Source: Fistulifera solaris
Lineage: Eukaryota
Reading direction: 5' to 3'
Assembly (NCBI GenBank): GCA_030295235.1
Contig: AP026172.1
Location: 744,001 to 808,000 of the forward strand
DNA length: 64,000 bases
The notes under the pieces are model-generated. The model did not search any database. It was not told the origin of the DNA and was given only the letters and a program-made list of their open reading frames with translations. Below are positions 23,360 to 35,259 of this stretch, piece by piece. The position numbers were made by a program, and so were the translations under genes. The stretch's first letter is position 1, and each line of letters starts with the position of its first letter.

Positions 23360-24920
23360 ATGACGAAACCACCAACGGAAGAAGCGCACGATGAAGAGGG
23401 CGTTCGTATTCCTCCCAATCTGATGAAGTCACTCCGGCGGAGTAAGGAAAGCATGGGCAGTGGGAGTTCCAGCGGTGGGAACAATTCCGAGGATTCGGCT
23501 CTAGTCAGCATAGGAAATCCGTTCGGCTTGAACTTTGACAGCGACAGCAATAATGCTGGACAAAACAGTGAGCAAACTAGTGAAGACGATGGGGAGACAA
23601 GGAACCGCCAGCCGGAGACGAACCCCTTTTGAAACCCTCGTGTCTCAAGACTCCCCCCTTCTACGAGTCTCGTAGGTGAAGCCGCCAGTCTCAAAGCTAT
23701 TGCCGCTTCGTCGTACCCGAGCAACGAAACGGCGAGAGACACGGAGAACAACAATGAGCTCAAGCGCAAAGCCCCCTTGGACGATGAAAGTGATGGCTAC
23801 GATTCGGATGAAGAACAAGGTGGCGTCAAGGCCAGCACGTCCTGTGCAAGTAGTGAAGGGAGTCCGAAACGTAAAAAGAATAAAGGCGACAGTAGTAAGC
23901 GGAAAGAACGCAACGCGCGGGAAAAGAACGCAGTTTCCGGATCGCGAAAAAAATCAACGAGCTTCGTGATTTATTGTCGACCGGAGGAGTCATTGTTCCG
24001 AAAGGCACCAAGAGTTCAGTCCTAACAGAAGCGGCTAGCTACATTCGTACCCTTCAGCAACATCAATATCGAGCCGAAATGTACGTGTGGAATTGTGTCG
24101 TTGGTAGTTTCCCTCCTTGTTCCGCTTCTCTCACGATTTGTGTTTCTTCGCAGTGACCGACAACAGTTAATTCAACAGATGCAAATGATTGGTGGCGGGG
24201 CACACGGGCCTCAAGCCGCCGCAGCGATTCGCCAATTGGCCGCACAAAACGGGGTCTGGTCGTTGGGTAATTTCGGTGGAGTTCCCCCGAAGCCTACCAT
24301 GTACCCCTCGGAGCCCAAGAGCTCCGATGCATCGAGTGGTTTCCTCCAAGCGAATCAACTAGAACCTTTAGATTACCGATTCTTTTCAATTCCTGTGGAA
24401 TTGGAATGGTAAGTGTTATTCTTTTGTGCTGTGATGATATATAAATGACTTGTCACTTAAAGTTGTCGAATGTTTCGTACAGGCTATCGCATCGATGGGC
24501 GGAGCTTTCATTGACTGCAACCAACTCTTTACACAATTGACCGAATACACGAAGCAAGACTTGAGCTCTTTGACAATTTTCAACCTCACCGCCCGTCAGG
24601 ACTTGCAAAAAGCATTTGATCAAATAAGTCTGCTGATTTCGCCTCCCATGAAATTGTCAAAAGAGTCTCCGCCAGCAAATGTTGTCGTGAGAGGATCCTT
24701 CAAGAATCGACCGGACCTCGGGCTCAGTGTTTCTTTAGTAAAAGGTGATGATGGAATTGCTAAATGTTTTTGCGTTACGTTGATCAAGAACCCAACCTCG
24801 CCACATGAGTCCAACCCGGTTCCTGTTTCGTTTGAAGCGGTGCAAGCGCCTATTCTGCAAGCACCACCCAAAGATGGATCTTTAGGTCTAAGTGGCGCAC
24901 CTGCATTCACTTCGGGATAA
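23360..24920 (+). CDS. bHLH-PAS transcription factor (diatom bHLH1/RITMO1 family); introns 24081-24153 and 24409-24482; several frame breaks
   Basis: Frame-corrected bHLH KRKERNAREKERS...INELRDLLSTGGVIVPKGTKSSVLTEAASYIRTLQ; PAS-like IASMGGAFIDCNQLFTQLTEYTKQDLSSLTIFNL. Confidence 0.85.
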
Positions 24921-25007
24921 AAGCTATATTGTATTGTATGGTCGATGCGAGAAATAATATACATGATTTTTAAGGCCGCCTACATAAATAACTGACTTAG
25001 TTATAAT

Positions 25008-25518
25008 CTATATTCTATCCTCCATTTCAAATTTGGATGGATTCATTCCAATGTGCATCATAAGTTGATCCAGTTTGTCATGGACGGCCATACTCCGTAC
25101 GATTATTTGCTCCGCCAGAATCGCCTGTGCCGCATCTCCTCGATCCTGGATTCGCTCTTTCATGCATTGCAGCAACAAATCGGCCTTCTCATCATCACAT
25201 CCCCAACCCGTCATGATCGTGCCTAAATTGGAATCAAAACAAACGAAACAACAGCATGTATTCTTTTCAACGGTTCCCATTTCTCCGTTAGGACGGATCG
25301 AAACTCGAGATCCGCAGAGCGTTTGGTCCCTCCGCGTCGCCTCCTCGGCGTCCAAAATTAATGCTGGGGTAACACCGTGAGTTGACTGAATCCAGTTCGA
25401 ACTATTTTTTTGGGAGAATACTACGTACTGGTTTGCAGGGGGCAAAAACCGCAGTGAACAAAAGGGCACGACAACACCCAACAACAAGGATGAATGGATG
25501 CATCGAATTCTTCATTTT
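25008..25518 (-). CDS. Hypothetical Cys-rich protein with C-terminal coiled coil; 5' end uncertain
   Basis: ORF 25008-25487 containing RPNGEMGTVEKNTCCCF, GWGCD and RGDAAQ; possible ATG near 25516. Confidence 0.5.
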
Positions 25519-25840
25519 CCAAAGGAATTTTATCACTCCTTCTTGACATCTTTTCTTCACTTCAGGCTTGTATTTACAACTATTACAGCAGCGGAAATGA
25601 GGTTCTCAATAGGTTTGAAAAGAGAAAAAGAAGATTACTCCGTTTTTTACTAGGGTACTAGTATCAGCGCGTCACATTATTTTTTTCTTGTCGAATTCGT
25701 GACTGAAATGCAGCTGGATCATTATTATTTTGTCACTACGTAATAATTTATCACGGACTAGAGGATTTGCTTTTCTCTTAAGCGGTCTCAAAGTAACAAG
25801 TAAATAGCTTATTATATAGACTTCGGTTTCAGCGACCCTT

Positions 25841-27066
25841 TCATTGCATTTGCTGACAATACTGGATGGCCCTCGAGCATTTATGTAACGTCGTGACGAG
25901 CGCGGAGAGCTCCACACGTTTCACCTGTTCCGGATCGAGCCCTCGGCCGGTGGGTCCCACCAAAATCTGCAGAGCCGTCGTAAGACCCAGAATCGATATT
26001 TTGCCGTGTAAACGACACTTGTTGCATTGCACACAATTCATGATGCGGAGCAGTTCTCTACTTCGCATCCTAGCTTCCCAAAGATTCTGACTCGAAGCGC
26101 CATCTTGAGTAGCATGATCCTGTAGTCGCTTCGCCGCTAAAGCCACAGAAGCGTCGTTTAGTAAAGGAGAATTGAAAATATTCTTCAGCTCTTCACTAGC
26201 ATCTGACTCAATACTTCCGTTGCTACAATCGCTTAACAATCGCGCCTTGGCCCGAGACACGGCCGTGAGCAACAACATGAAGCAGAAATACAGATTCTCT
26301 ATAGCTCGCGGTGTTTCACCATTGGCACTGAGTCGTCGCGTGAATTCTTTTTTCAAATCTACTTGGATGGCCTCGCCCTCGTCCATCTTTTCCTGGACAC
26401 CCCGCAGTACTTGTGCGGAAATCATGGAATGAAGACCCGATACGGCCTTGTTAAAATCAGCTTTCCAGTGCTCGTCATCGTAATCATAGTCCTGAAAGCA
26501 AATGCGATCGTGTATAAACTTCCAAATCTCAGACCCGTCATATTCGGTGTACCCTTCAGGGAACGCTTCTAAATCATAATAGTCATCCGAGGGCATATCC
26601 CAACGAGTCCATCCGTCTAAATCAAACGCATGCTCCCGACGATCAACCTCTCGTATACGCGAAGACACCTAAAGAGAAAATTGCGGTAAACGAGGGGAAG
26701 TTCCAAAAACCCACAAAAGGAACCACTTTTTCGTACCTCTTCTTCCTCGGCGGGATAAATTTCGCAGCTTTCGGTATAGCATTCGAACAATTCTTGCGGC
26801 ATGTACTCGCAACTCGCTAGAATATCCACACTAAAGAAACGAAACGAAGGTTTTTCTCGAAGACTCTCGAGTTTATGAAATAATTCCTCATTGGACGCAT
26901 CGATCACTTGCATTCCGGGCACTAAATACTCATTCGAGGAGATCTTGGCGGACCATTTTTGTGTGCTTTTCGAGGAAAACTTTGGTACTACAAACCCTCG
27001 TCCTACATCAAGGATCGTGAGCAACAGGAAAGCCCCATTCACGTTCAACAATGTTTTGTGAACCAT
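25841..27066 (-). CDS. ERO1: ERO1-like flavoprotein thiol oxidase; intron 26669-26736
   Basis: FRFFSVDILASC...CYTESC (shuttle cysteines), PEGYTEYDGSEIW, SGLHSMIS, IENLYF, RIMNCVQCNKCRLHGK (CxxCxxC); N-terminal signal peptide. Confidence 0.9.
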
Positions 27067-27663
27067 AATGTCAAGTACTTTCAAGCGACGAGAACAGAAA
27101 ATTGTCGTGAATGAAAGTGCAAACAAGTTTTTCTACGGTTTATTGACTGCGGTGAATGGATTAACAAAAAAGCTTTCAGGAAAAGTTGATTATGTATTCG
27201 CAGCAACGTTACAGCTCGATTGGACTTAATTCGAGCAACATTAACAACCAGCAGAAGCGACATGTCGTCCGATCTTTCGGAAAGAGATGGCGACCGATAG
27301 AGATCGGCGAACATACGACGAACATTTGTTTGGAGTATCGTAGCGGCACAACAATGTACACAAGAAAAAAGTGTGTCAAAACGTGTTACTACGTACATAA
27401 TTCTATGGTGCTAGTCTGTTGGGAGTTGGGAACCTTTTTCAAGTAAATCCCAAATCGTAGTGGTTTTAGAATGTGAGAGACGAAGGTACTGAGGATTAGG
27501 ACATTTTATACCGCTGTGATGGTGGACAGCCCGACGTACGTCAAGAGCCAACAAAACGAAAGCCGTGTTGCAAGTTGCAACCGATTGCAGGTTGGAGGTA
27601 AATAATTACGACCGAACGACTCTTCCTTTAGTAAAACCTTGACTTGAAACACAATAAAGAAGA

Positions 27664-28738
27664 ATGAGCTCCTACGTCGCAAGGGCATCGTTAGGGCTAG
27701 CGAGCGCAATGCGAAAAGTCGGGTACGTTTTTGGGTTTGTCAATGTTTTACGAGCTCCAAAAGTTCCGCTTGTCTAATTGGCATCTGCTTCACAATTTTT
27801 ATAATATTCATTTTTTTTCATTCTGCTTCATGAATCATCATCATCCACCATCAACGGCTGTTCGTTATTTGACACGCATCTGACAGATCGGCACTCGATG
27901 GTGCCGGAAAAGGCATCGAGATTACCAAATACACGGAAAAACTCGTCCCTTCGACGCGGTTTGTGGCGGTGGATGGAATTGGCCCAACCGTTTCGGCGGA
28001 ATGTTTTGTTGCGCCTTCAGCTTCGGTCATCGGAAATGTCAGTATTGGGAAAGGATCAAGGTATGCGAAAATGAATAATAATAAAATGCAGTATTGATTG
28101 TTGGAAACGAGCTCGTTCCCCTCACCTAAAACGATTGTGTTTCTAGTATTTGGTACGGAGCGACGATCCGCGGTGATGTAAATGAAGTGACAATTGGTGA
28201 TCGTACTAGCATCGGTGACAGATCGGTCGTCCATGTAGCGAAAATTCAAGGTGACTTTCCCACCCACATTGGCAATGGAGTCACCATCGGATCGGGAGCT
28301 TTGGTACATGCCGCCACACTGAAAGATGGCTGTGTCATCGGCGAAGCGGCACAAGTGATGGATGGTGCTGTCGTGGAAGAGAAAGCCTTTGTAGCTCCAG
28401 CTTCGGTGGTGACACCGGGAACCAAAATATCCGCCGGTGAACTCTGGGCGGGGGTTCCGGCCAAAAAGGTACGAGCGTTAACGGAAGCCGAACTGAGCAG
28501 TGCTGCTGAAGCGGTCCTACAGACTGCCATGTTGGCACAAGAACATGCGATTGAGAATGCCAAGGACTATAAGCAGATTATGGAAGAGGCAGAGTTAGCT
28601 GATATTGCTGAGCATTTGGACGAATCTTCGCCTCGCAAACCCATTAAAGACATCAACGATGTACTGGGACAAGGTCCTCCAGGTCGTATCTTCCGTTCTA
28701 CTTTGACGCACCCTTACGAAGCGGCCAAGAAAAATTAA
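27664..28738 (+). CDS. Gamma carbonic anhydrase-like protein (mitochondrial complex I CA domain type); introns 27723-27886 and 28061-28146
   Basis: FVAPSASVIGNVSIGKGSSIWYGATIRGDVN, hexapeptide repeats, GELWAGVPAKKVRALT; N-terminus MSSYVARASLGLASAMRK resembles a mitochondrial presequence. Confidence 0.88.
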
Positions 28739-29071
28739 CATTACTTTGTAAAGATATAGTTTGAAAGCATTTCATCGCCTTCCGAGCAGCAGTTGATTTA
28801 TTTCAAAATGAGATCTCCTCAAGAACAGCAGCCCGACTGAGATCGATACACCATTAAAGAAGCGCGCTTCTCTCACTGACGCTATTACTACGACACATGC
28901 AACCTAAGAAAGTCAAGTATTGCGCAAATAGTAAATGCGTGACTTTGTAATGATTAAAGATCCGAAAAGAGATCTATCCTAAAACAATCGAAACTTTTGA
29001 TCGACAACATTTTTTCGCAGTGCTATTCAGAAACAAAAGAAGCCAACGAATGCCGATTCATGGTGGCGCGT

Positions 29072-29544
29072 CTATTTGCGCAAGCCGAACTGGTCTTTGT
29101 ATTCTTCTCGCGCCGCTTTAAGCAATTCTGGATCGACACGACCACTTTGCGGGTCCGTTCCCAAAGGACGACGAAATAAGAGAATGTGGGGTTCCGGACT
29201 AAGAAGAAAAATAAAGAGGTGAGCTAGATAACGTCCATTTTTGAATGAACCAGAATCACTGCAGAGACGTACCGATGAATCGCGTAATGTTGCCATCCAC
29301 GACTTTGTTGCACACCAATGCTTCTCCATTCCGATTCCGTCAGTAAGCGGCTTTTCGGTAATGTCTTTGCCAGCTCCTTGGGAAGAATCACATGCCTTAA
29401 TGAAAAAGCACAAATGGAACCGTCAGCAATGCGATTCATAAAAAGGCGACTTTTTGATAAAAAAATGAATTGTCTTCCTTACCGATATTCGTTGACTTCG
29501 TCAGCATATTTTTCACTATATTCAATACGAGATGCGCTGCTCAT
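29072..29544 (-). CDS. CKS1: Cyclin-dependent kinase regulatory subunit; introns 29396-29482 and 29199-29272
   Basis: Spliced product IEYSEKYADEVNEYR|HVILPK...LLTESEWRSIGVQQSRGWQHYAIHR|PEPHILLFRRP. Confidence 0.97.
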
Positions 29545-30306
29545 TGTAATGTTTTAATTGTTGGGGCCAAATCAAAGTTGCTTGGGTCTAGAACCTGATT
29601 GTCTTATCTTGATTTTTTATTATTTTTTATTTACAAGCGCCCAAACGCTCTTTTCAAAAAAGAAACACGAGGGTTTCGTGTTGACGATGCCGGGACGAGG
29701 TTTGCGCGCAATGCAACGACAACCCACAAGAAGACGTTTTTAATATTCTACTCTCGATTTTACTAGTTTCACTTTTAACTGCAAATCGTCATTAATGTTT
29801 TACCGGAAGAAGCTTATTTTTTTTACACATAGGTTGATCGATATTTTTAGTACCGTGTTATGCTTTCGTGATTAGTTGTGAATCGTGAATCATCCTCCAC
29901 GTACGAAACAGGAAGGCGCCGAAGCGTTTCACGGAACACCGCATGGCCTCTTTATCTTCAAGTGGAAGTTTCATAAGAAAAACGAATGATCAAAGGTACA
30001 GTAGTTAAAATTGTAAAGATGATTCTATCCTACTACTTCTTAATTCTACAGTCATTTCTTATTGTGTGCTCTTTATTATTGTATTTTTCGTAAACGGCAC
30101 TCATCGTTCGGTGTCTCTTGTTTCGCGGTTCAGCCTTTTCGTCGTCTTGCTTCGGAGCACCTGGCGGCGACCTGAAAACACTGGAAGCTGGAAGGACGCC
30201 TTGCCCTTTTATTCTTCCAGTTTGCATGGATTAGCAGTTTTTCAGAGATACCTTGCTTTTTAATCACCACACGGCATTCTCTTCCTTACATTGCGGTTTT
30301 GGAAGG

Positions 30307-31461
30307 ATGAAGACGACGCTCCTAGTCTTGATCGATTGGGCCCAAGAGGATTTACTGCGACCGGTGTTGATTTTGCTGTGTGCCATGCTGCTGTTCAATC
30401 TTCCCACTTTACTTTACAAAGCTCGTCTCTTCATTCGAGCCATCTTATATTTTATCGGCTGCTGGGATAAGTCGTGGAGTAAGCCACAAGATCCTGGCTC
30501 TATTTTCGGGCCCCATTTAAGTCAAGGCCTTCCGGTCGAACGAAGAACTATTTACTTTGTTCGTCACGGAGAATCGACTTGGAATGATACTTTCAATAAA
30601 GGAAAACATCGTTCGACAGTGGTTTTCATTCTTGGATTTATTCCTGGTTTAATAAAGGCCCTTTTGCATGAGCTCTATCTGCTGTTGAGCGGCAAATTAG
30701 ACAGGTAAGGGCTGTTATTGTGAGATGTAGGGTTTGACCGTGTTATGAAGTCTCATACACACAATTTCATGTAATACAGTTGGTTCTATGACGCTCCTCT
30801 GTCGCCACTCGGTTTATCGCAAGTGGATGAGCTCCGATCCTTTCTGTTGGATACCAAGAATTTGACCGGCACCGATGCCGAGCATCTCAAAATTCTGCGC
30901 GCCGATCCCGGTGCTCCACGGTCCACTATTCTTTGCTCCAACTTGCGTCGTTCCATCTCCACATTGGTGGGAGGCTTTTCCGAACGCTTGACCCGTCGAC
31001 CCGAAGACAAGATTCTGTTGGTGACTGCTTTACAAGAAATCAGTCGCAATCCCGATACCTTGTCCATTACCCCGCCTCATTCACCCGTACACGCATCCTG
31101 GATGGAGAAGAGGAGTCCAATGTGTGATTATTCCCGATTGCTCAGCAGTCAAGTGGATGTGAGTTTGCATGTAGGAGACAAGCCCATCAATACGAATGGT
31201 TTGAAGCGTATGCTCGACTTTTGTGATTTCGTGTTTTCTCCCTCTGTGAAAGATGAATACATTATTGTGGGAGGACATTCCATCTGGTTCCGTTCCTTTT
31301 TTAATATGTTTTTACCCTTTAGTGTTCATCATGTCGCCAAGAACAAGAAGATTGTGAATGGTGGGATTGTGACGTTTGATCTGTTGAAAGCCGAGACGAA
31401 ACGCGGACCCAAATATATGGTCGATCCGAAAACAATCAAAGTGATTTACGGAGGATTTTAA
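30307..31461 (+). CDS. Histidine phosphatase (phosphoglycerate mutase-like) with N-terminal hydrophobic anchor; intron 30705-30779
   Basis: IYFVRHGESTWN, DAPLSPLG, CSNLRRSIST, LQEISRN, IIVGGHS. Confidence 0.88.
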
Positions 31462-31642
31462 AGATAAGGGGAGAGAGTGCACGGTGTGTGTCCAGGCTTG
31501 TAGATACGAGGAGCTTTGACAATTTCTAATAAGATAATGATGGAAGAGAGTATGAATAAAAGGTTTGCTTTCTATTACTCCGTCCGTATTATATTCATTG
31601 CAAATGTAAAATTCAATATACGCTCGCTACTCTGTCTGTTCG

Positions 31643-32146
31643 TTATCGCGATTTCCATTGCTCTGCTTTATTATTATTGCTGTCGTGTTCGTTCAACCAG
31701 TGCCCACCATGAGCATCACTCAACCCACCATGATCGTTGCGAATCGTTCGTTCTAATGTTTGTCTTCGAAACAATCGATTCCGTTCTTTCCCTTGCTCAA
31801 TTTCTTTCATTCTCTTTTGTTCATAATTTTCGGGCGGTGGTACGGCTCCCAATTGAAAAATGGGATGCAATTTGTGCACTTCGTTTTTGCCCGTCACCGT
31901 GGCCATGAAGAAGGAACCACTCGTGATGCCCAACAAGACCGACAAAAATAAAGTATTTCGGTTCAATGGCACCGACCACCACTGTCGTTGATGACCGAAT
32001 CGCGCGACACTGTGTCCCATGACGCCCAGCAACGCCCCTAATCCCATCCCCTGGAAGGCATTCGTCCAAATATCACGTCGGACATCGGCGACAGTCCGAA
32101 TGTCATCGTTCGACATGGTAGAGGGAGGAGTGAATGCGCGGGACAT
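31643..32146 (-). CDS. Small two-TM hypothetical protein
   Basis: Intact 167-aa ORF with two Gly-rich hydrophobic helices and a charged C-terminus. Confidence 0.7.
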   Translation of the reverse strand: MSRAFTPPSTMSNDDIRTVADVRRDIWTNAFQGMGLGALLGVMGHSVARFGHQRQWWSVPLNRNTLFLSVLLGITSGSFFMATVTGKNEVHKLHPIFQLGAVPPPENYEQKRMKEIEQGKERNRLFRRQTLERTIRNDHGGLSDAHGGHWLNEHDSNNNKAEQWKSR

Positions 32147-32152
32147 ACTTTC

Positions 32153-32207
<55 letters not shown>
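32153..32207. repeat. (TTG)n microsatellite, about 18 units
   Basis: Seen directly; it lies immediately upstream of the 32146 ATG. Confidence 0.95.
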
Positions 32208-32673
32208 AGCGAATGAAATAGAATACTGGAGGAGGGTAGAACGATTGCGTTTGTATCTCGTTCGCGAGCTTGTTTGTGATGATGTGTGTGTTACGGAGTA
32301 TTTTCCTGTTCGTACTTGGTACAGCGAACCAGTAAGGTTTACAAAGTACTTGTACAAGTAGTAGTATCCTTGCGCAGAAAGAGAGAACCGTTTCTCCAAA
32401 CTGGCGCGCCGCGCTGACACTCCCATTGGCTTATGGTCGTAACGGTATCCATCATATAAATTTGATCGACAATGGTTTGTACTCTCTTCAGAAGACAGAA
32501 TTGGCGCGACCCGGAGAAGAGGAAAATGCGAAGCCGCTGCGCTAATTTTTTTCCTTTCCGAGATCTATTGGATGGACGACCATGACACAATCTATCTGCA
32601 TCATGCAGCGCCTATAAAAAAGATACAAAGTGATCTTCTTCTCTTTGAATACTAACAAATCTCATCTTTAACG

Positions 32674-33858
32674 ATGAAAATATTATTACGGAAACTGATG
32701 TATCTTACTCTCGCAACCGCCGTGCAAGCTTGGGTGACGAGGAGTCGTCCTTCATCTCGTTTCTTGTCATTAGCACGGCACGCCAAGACGGTGAATGAGG
32801 ATGAAACACCGACGACTCCCCAAATCGTCCAACGTACCTTTTATCGCTTCAGTCCGGGTTCCGAAGTCGACGTTCACAATTCCGTTGTCCTGGAAGATCG
32901 CTGGATGATTCAATCGAATGATCCAACACATCGCACCCTTCTGTTGCGCGATGGAAATGTCCAAGAAGGAGAAATCGGCGAGGCATTCTTTACGATTTCA
33001 CCGACCACTGCTTTGACTACTTCCGAAATGGTCATGGCCTTGTATTTGGCTTCGAATCCTGCTCTCTGTACCGAGGACCTGTTGGAAGTGTCCAGTGAAA
33101 CCGGATTGGCTACGATTTTGGGCATTCTTGGAGCCGGATTTGTTTCCCAACAACGGGACGAGGAGAATCCGACATCCGCAAAGGAAGAGGAAGATGATAT
33201 TTTGACCATTGCCACCAAACGCAACAAACTGGTGCCGAAATCACTCGAAACGGTGACTTTGACTGCCGCCGAGGAACGGTATTTGCCAGTGTTGATGAAG
33301 CACAGTCAACAGGCCGGAATTCCCTCTTGTTCAGTTGAACCGTTGGATTGGAAAGTGCGTCATGCGCGAAGTCGTCCTCCCAAAGAAGTCACGACCATTG
33401 TCGCGGTCGATTTGGCTTTGACATACCCCGAAGCAGTGGCCTTGGCGCGGACTTGTGCGTATCGCTTACGACCCTCGTGGGTGGGACGCGAGTCGTCGTC
33501 GTCGGCAAAAACAATTCCACGGTTCGTGCACGTGTGTCCGGCCGACCGGGAAGATGTCGTGTATTTGCAACGCGAATTGACGAACGGATACAAAATGACG
33601 GCGTATACGTCGTATTTGAAATTGGAACAAATCATTTTTTATCCACAAACCGTGTCTTCTTCTATGGACGAGGTTGAGGATATGGAGTTGGAAGTCCAAG
33701 ACATACGATCGTTAACCTTTACCAGCTTGATAGCCCAACATCATCCCGATTATGTCGGCGGGGGCAGTGGAGAACTCTTTTTCCGGCCGACACGGGTGCT
33801 ACCGGATTCCGGGAAGCCGAGTCGTCGTGGTAAAATTAAAAAAACTATAAATAGTTAG
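32674..33858 (+). CDS. Probable plastid-targeted protein with degenerate methyltransferase-like fold
   Basis: Presequence ...TLATAVQA|WVTRSRPSSR. LLEVSSETGL, LDW and IVAVDL correspond loosely to Methyltransf_16 motifs, without the GxG. Confidence 0.65.
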   Translation: MKILLRKLMYLTLATAVQAWVTRSRPSSRFLSLARHAKTVNEDETPTTPQIVQRTFYRFSPGSEVDVHNSVVLEDRWMIQSNDPTHRTLLLRDGNVQEGEIGEAFFTISPTTALTTSEMVMALYLASNPALCTEDLLEVSSETGLATILGILGAGFVSQQRDEENPTSAKEEEDDILTIATKRNKLVPKSLETVTLTAAEERYLPVLMKHSQQAGIPSCSVEPLDWKVRHARSRPPKEVTTIVAVDLALTYPEAVALARTCAYRLRPSWVGRESSSSAKTIPRFVHVCPADREDVVYLQRELTNGYKMTAYTSYLKLEQIIFYPQTVSSSMDEVEDMELEVQDIRSLTFTSLIAQHHPDYVGGGSGELFFRPTRVLPDSGKPSRRGKIKKTINS

Positions 33859-33863
33859 TATAC

Positions 33864-34741
33864 TCACAATCGAATCACCACTCTGCGATTTGCATTTTCA
33901 GACGACTTGTTTTGTGGGATCTGTTTACCCAATAGTAATCGTTGATTCACCTGGTTCGAACGTGTCCACGTTGGTTCGGCTTTCCGACCCGTCTTTTTCA
34001 TCTTTTGCAATTGTTTCGCCGAGAGTTCATCTTGACCATTGTTAAGATGCAAACGAGAATACGACGATGAAGATTCTCCCGCAAAAGGTAAGGGAGGACC
34101 CGTTCGGATTTGTGGTCGATCGTTCAACACAACGACTTGGATGTTGTGTTTTTTTTGAATCGGCCTCTTGTTCTGTGCAACTTCATCCTTGGCCACAAAT
34201 GTGATTAACTTTCCCTGTGGAGCCGTTTTCTTTTGTTTCTTTTGTTCTTTGTTCTGCTGTTCCATCTCCGCGTCCAACTGGGCAAAGAAATCATCATCCA
34301 ATTCATCTTCCTTTTTGACTTGTTATTGCGCTTCCGCTTTGGCCCTAGTAACGCCGCCGATTCGCGTGCCGTAGATCGTTCAAACGAGCGCTGTTCTTGA
34401 ATTTGTGATTTAGCATCACTGCCTTTGACTTCTTCCACGGCGTCATCATCATCATCATCACCACGATCGTGGTCGTGGTCGTTGTCATTACCGACGGTCG
34501 TCGGTAAGGCTGGCTTTACGGCTGGTTCGGGAACGTAAGTCGCCTCCAATAGAGAAGGAGCATTTCCTTCTTCATCAAAGACGATTTTCTTGGCCTTTGT
34601 GTCAATAACAATTCCGACACCGGTCGATTGCGATCGCAGAGCATTCCGTGTTTGTTGACGACGTGAACGTGGCGTCGACTCGCTCGGAGCCTTCGTCTCT
34701 TGTTTGGGTGATTTGGAAAGTGATCGGCGTGTTTGAACCAT
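33864..34741 (-). CDS. Low-complexity charged protein, possibly nucleolar; two ORFs joined by a frame break near 34310
   Basis: MVQTRRS..., KKIVFDEE, DDDDAVEEV, Lys/Arg-rich tracts. Confidence 0.55.
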
Positions 34742-35259
34742 GTAGGAAACGTCTCGAAGCCTTATAATAATTATTTTTCGATTATTCTAGTATTCTGCTG
34801 TCGTAAAATCTTGCTCTTGTGGTTGGTTGTGTTGCTTCCGATTTTTGTTTTTCTTTATCGTCCGCGCAATTTCGTGGTTCTCTGCCATCCTGTCGGACGA
34901 CGGACGGAAAAGTCCTCGCGGAAAACGCTCTATGGATCCAGGTTCGACAATGGGATCCGACGTAATGGCTAAGGCTACAGAGAGTTTGCATCAACAATCT
35001 GTTATATCTGCTTGCGAAAGCAGTCGAAACAGCATTATGAAGTTTTGTTATCTTACAAGCCCCGCTTACGGAACACTCAAGACATTCAAGTAGGCTACAG
35101 GCGAGCTTCCTCAGAATACACTTGGAAATGTTTGTGTTCAACACCTGTTTCGATGGAAGAAAAGCCTGTAGAACAAGCGATTCTCGATAGGATAGTAGGC
35201 AGCTGGATCAGCTGCAGAATCTTCCAAACAAGGCATACTATTCTTCAATTCATTTTTCC

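Noticed and set aside
32019..32426. Poly-Cys, poly-Val and poly-Thr ORFs
   Set aside because: Translations of the (TTG)n microsatellite.
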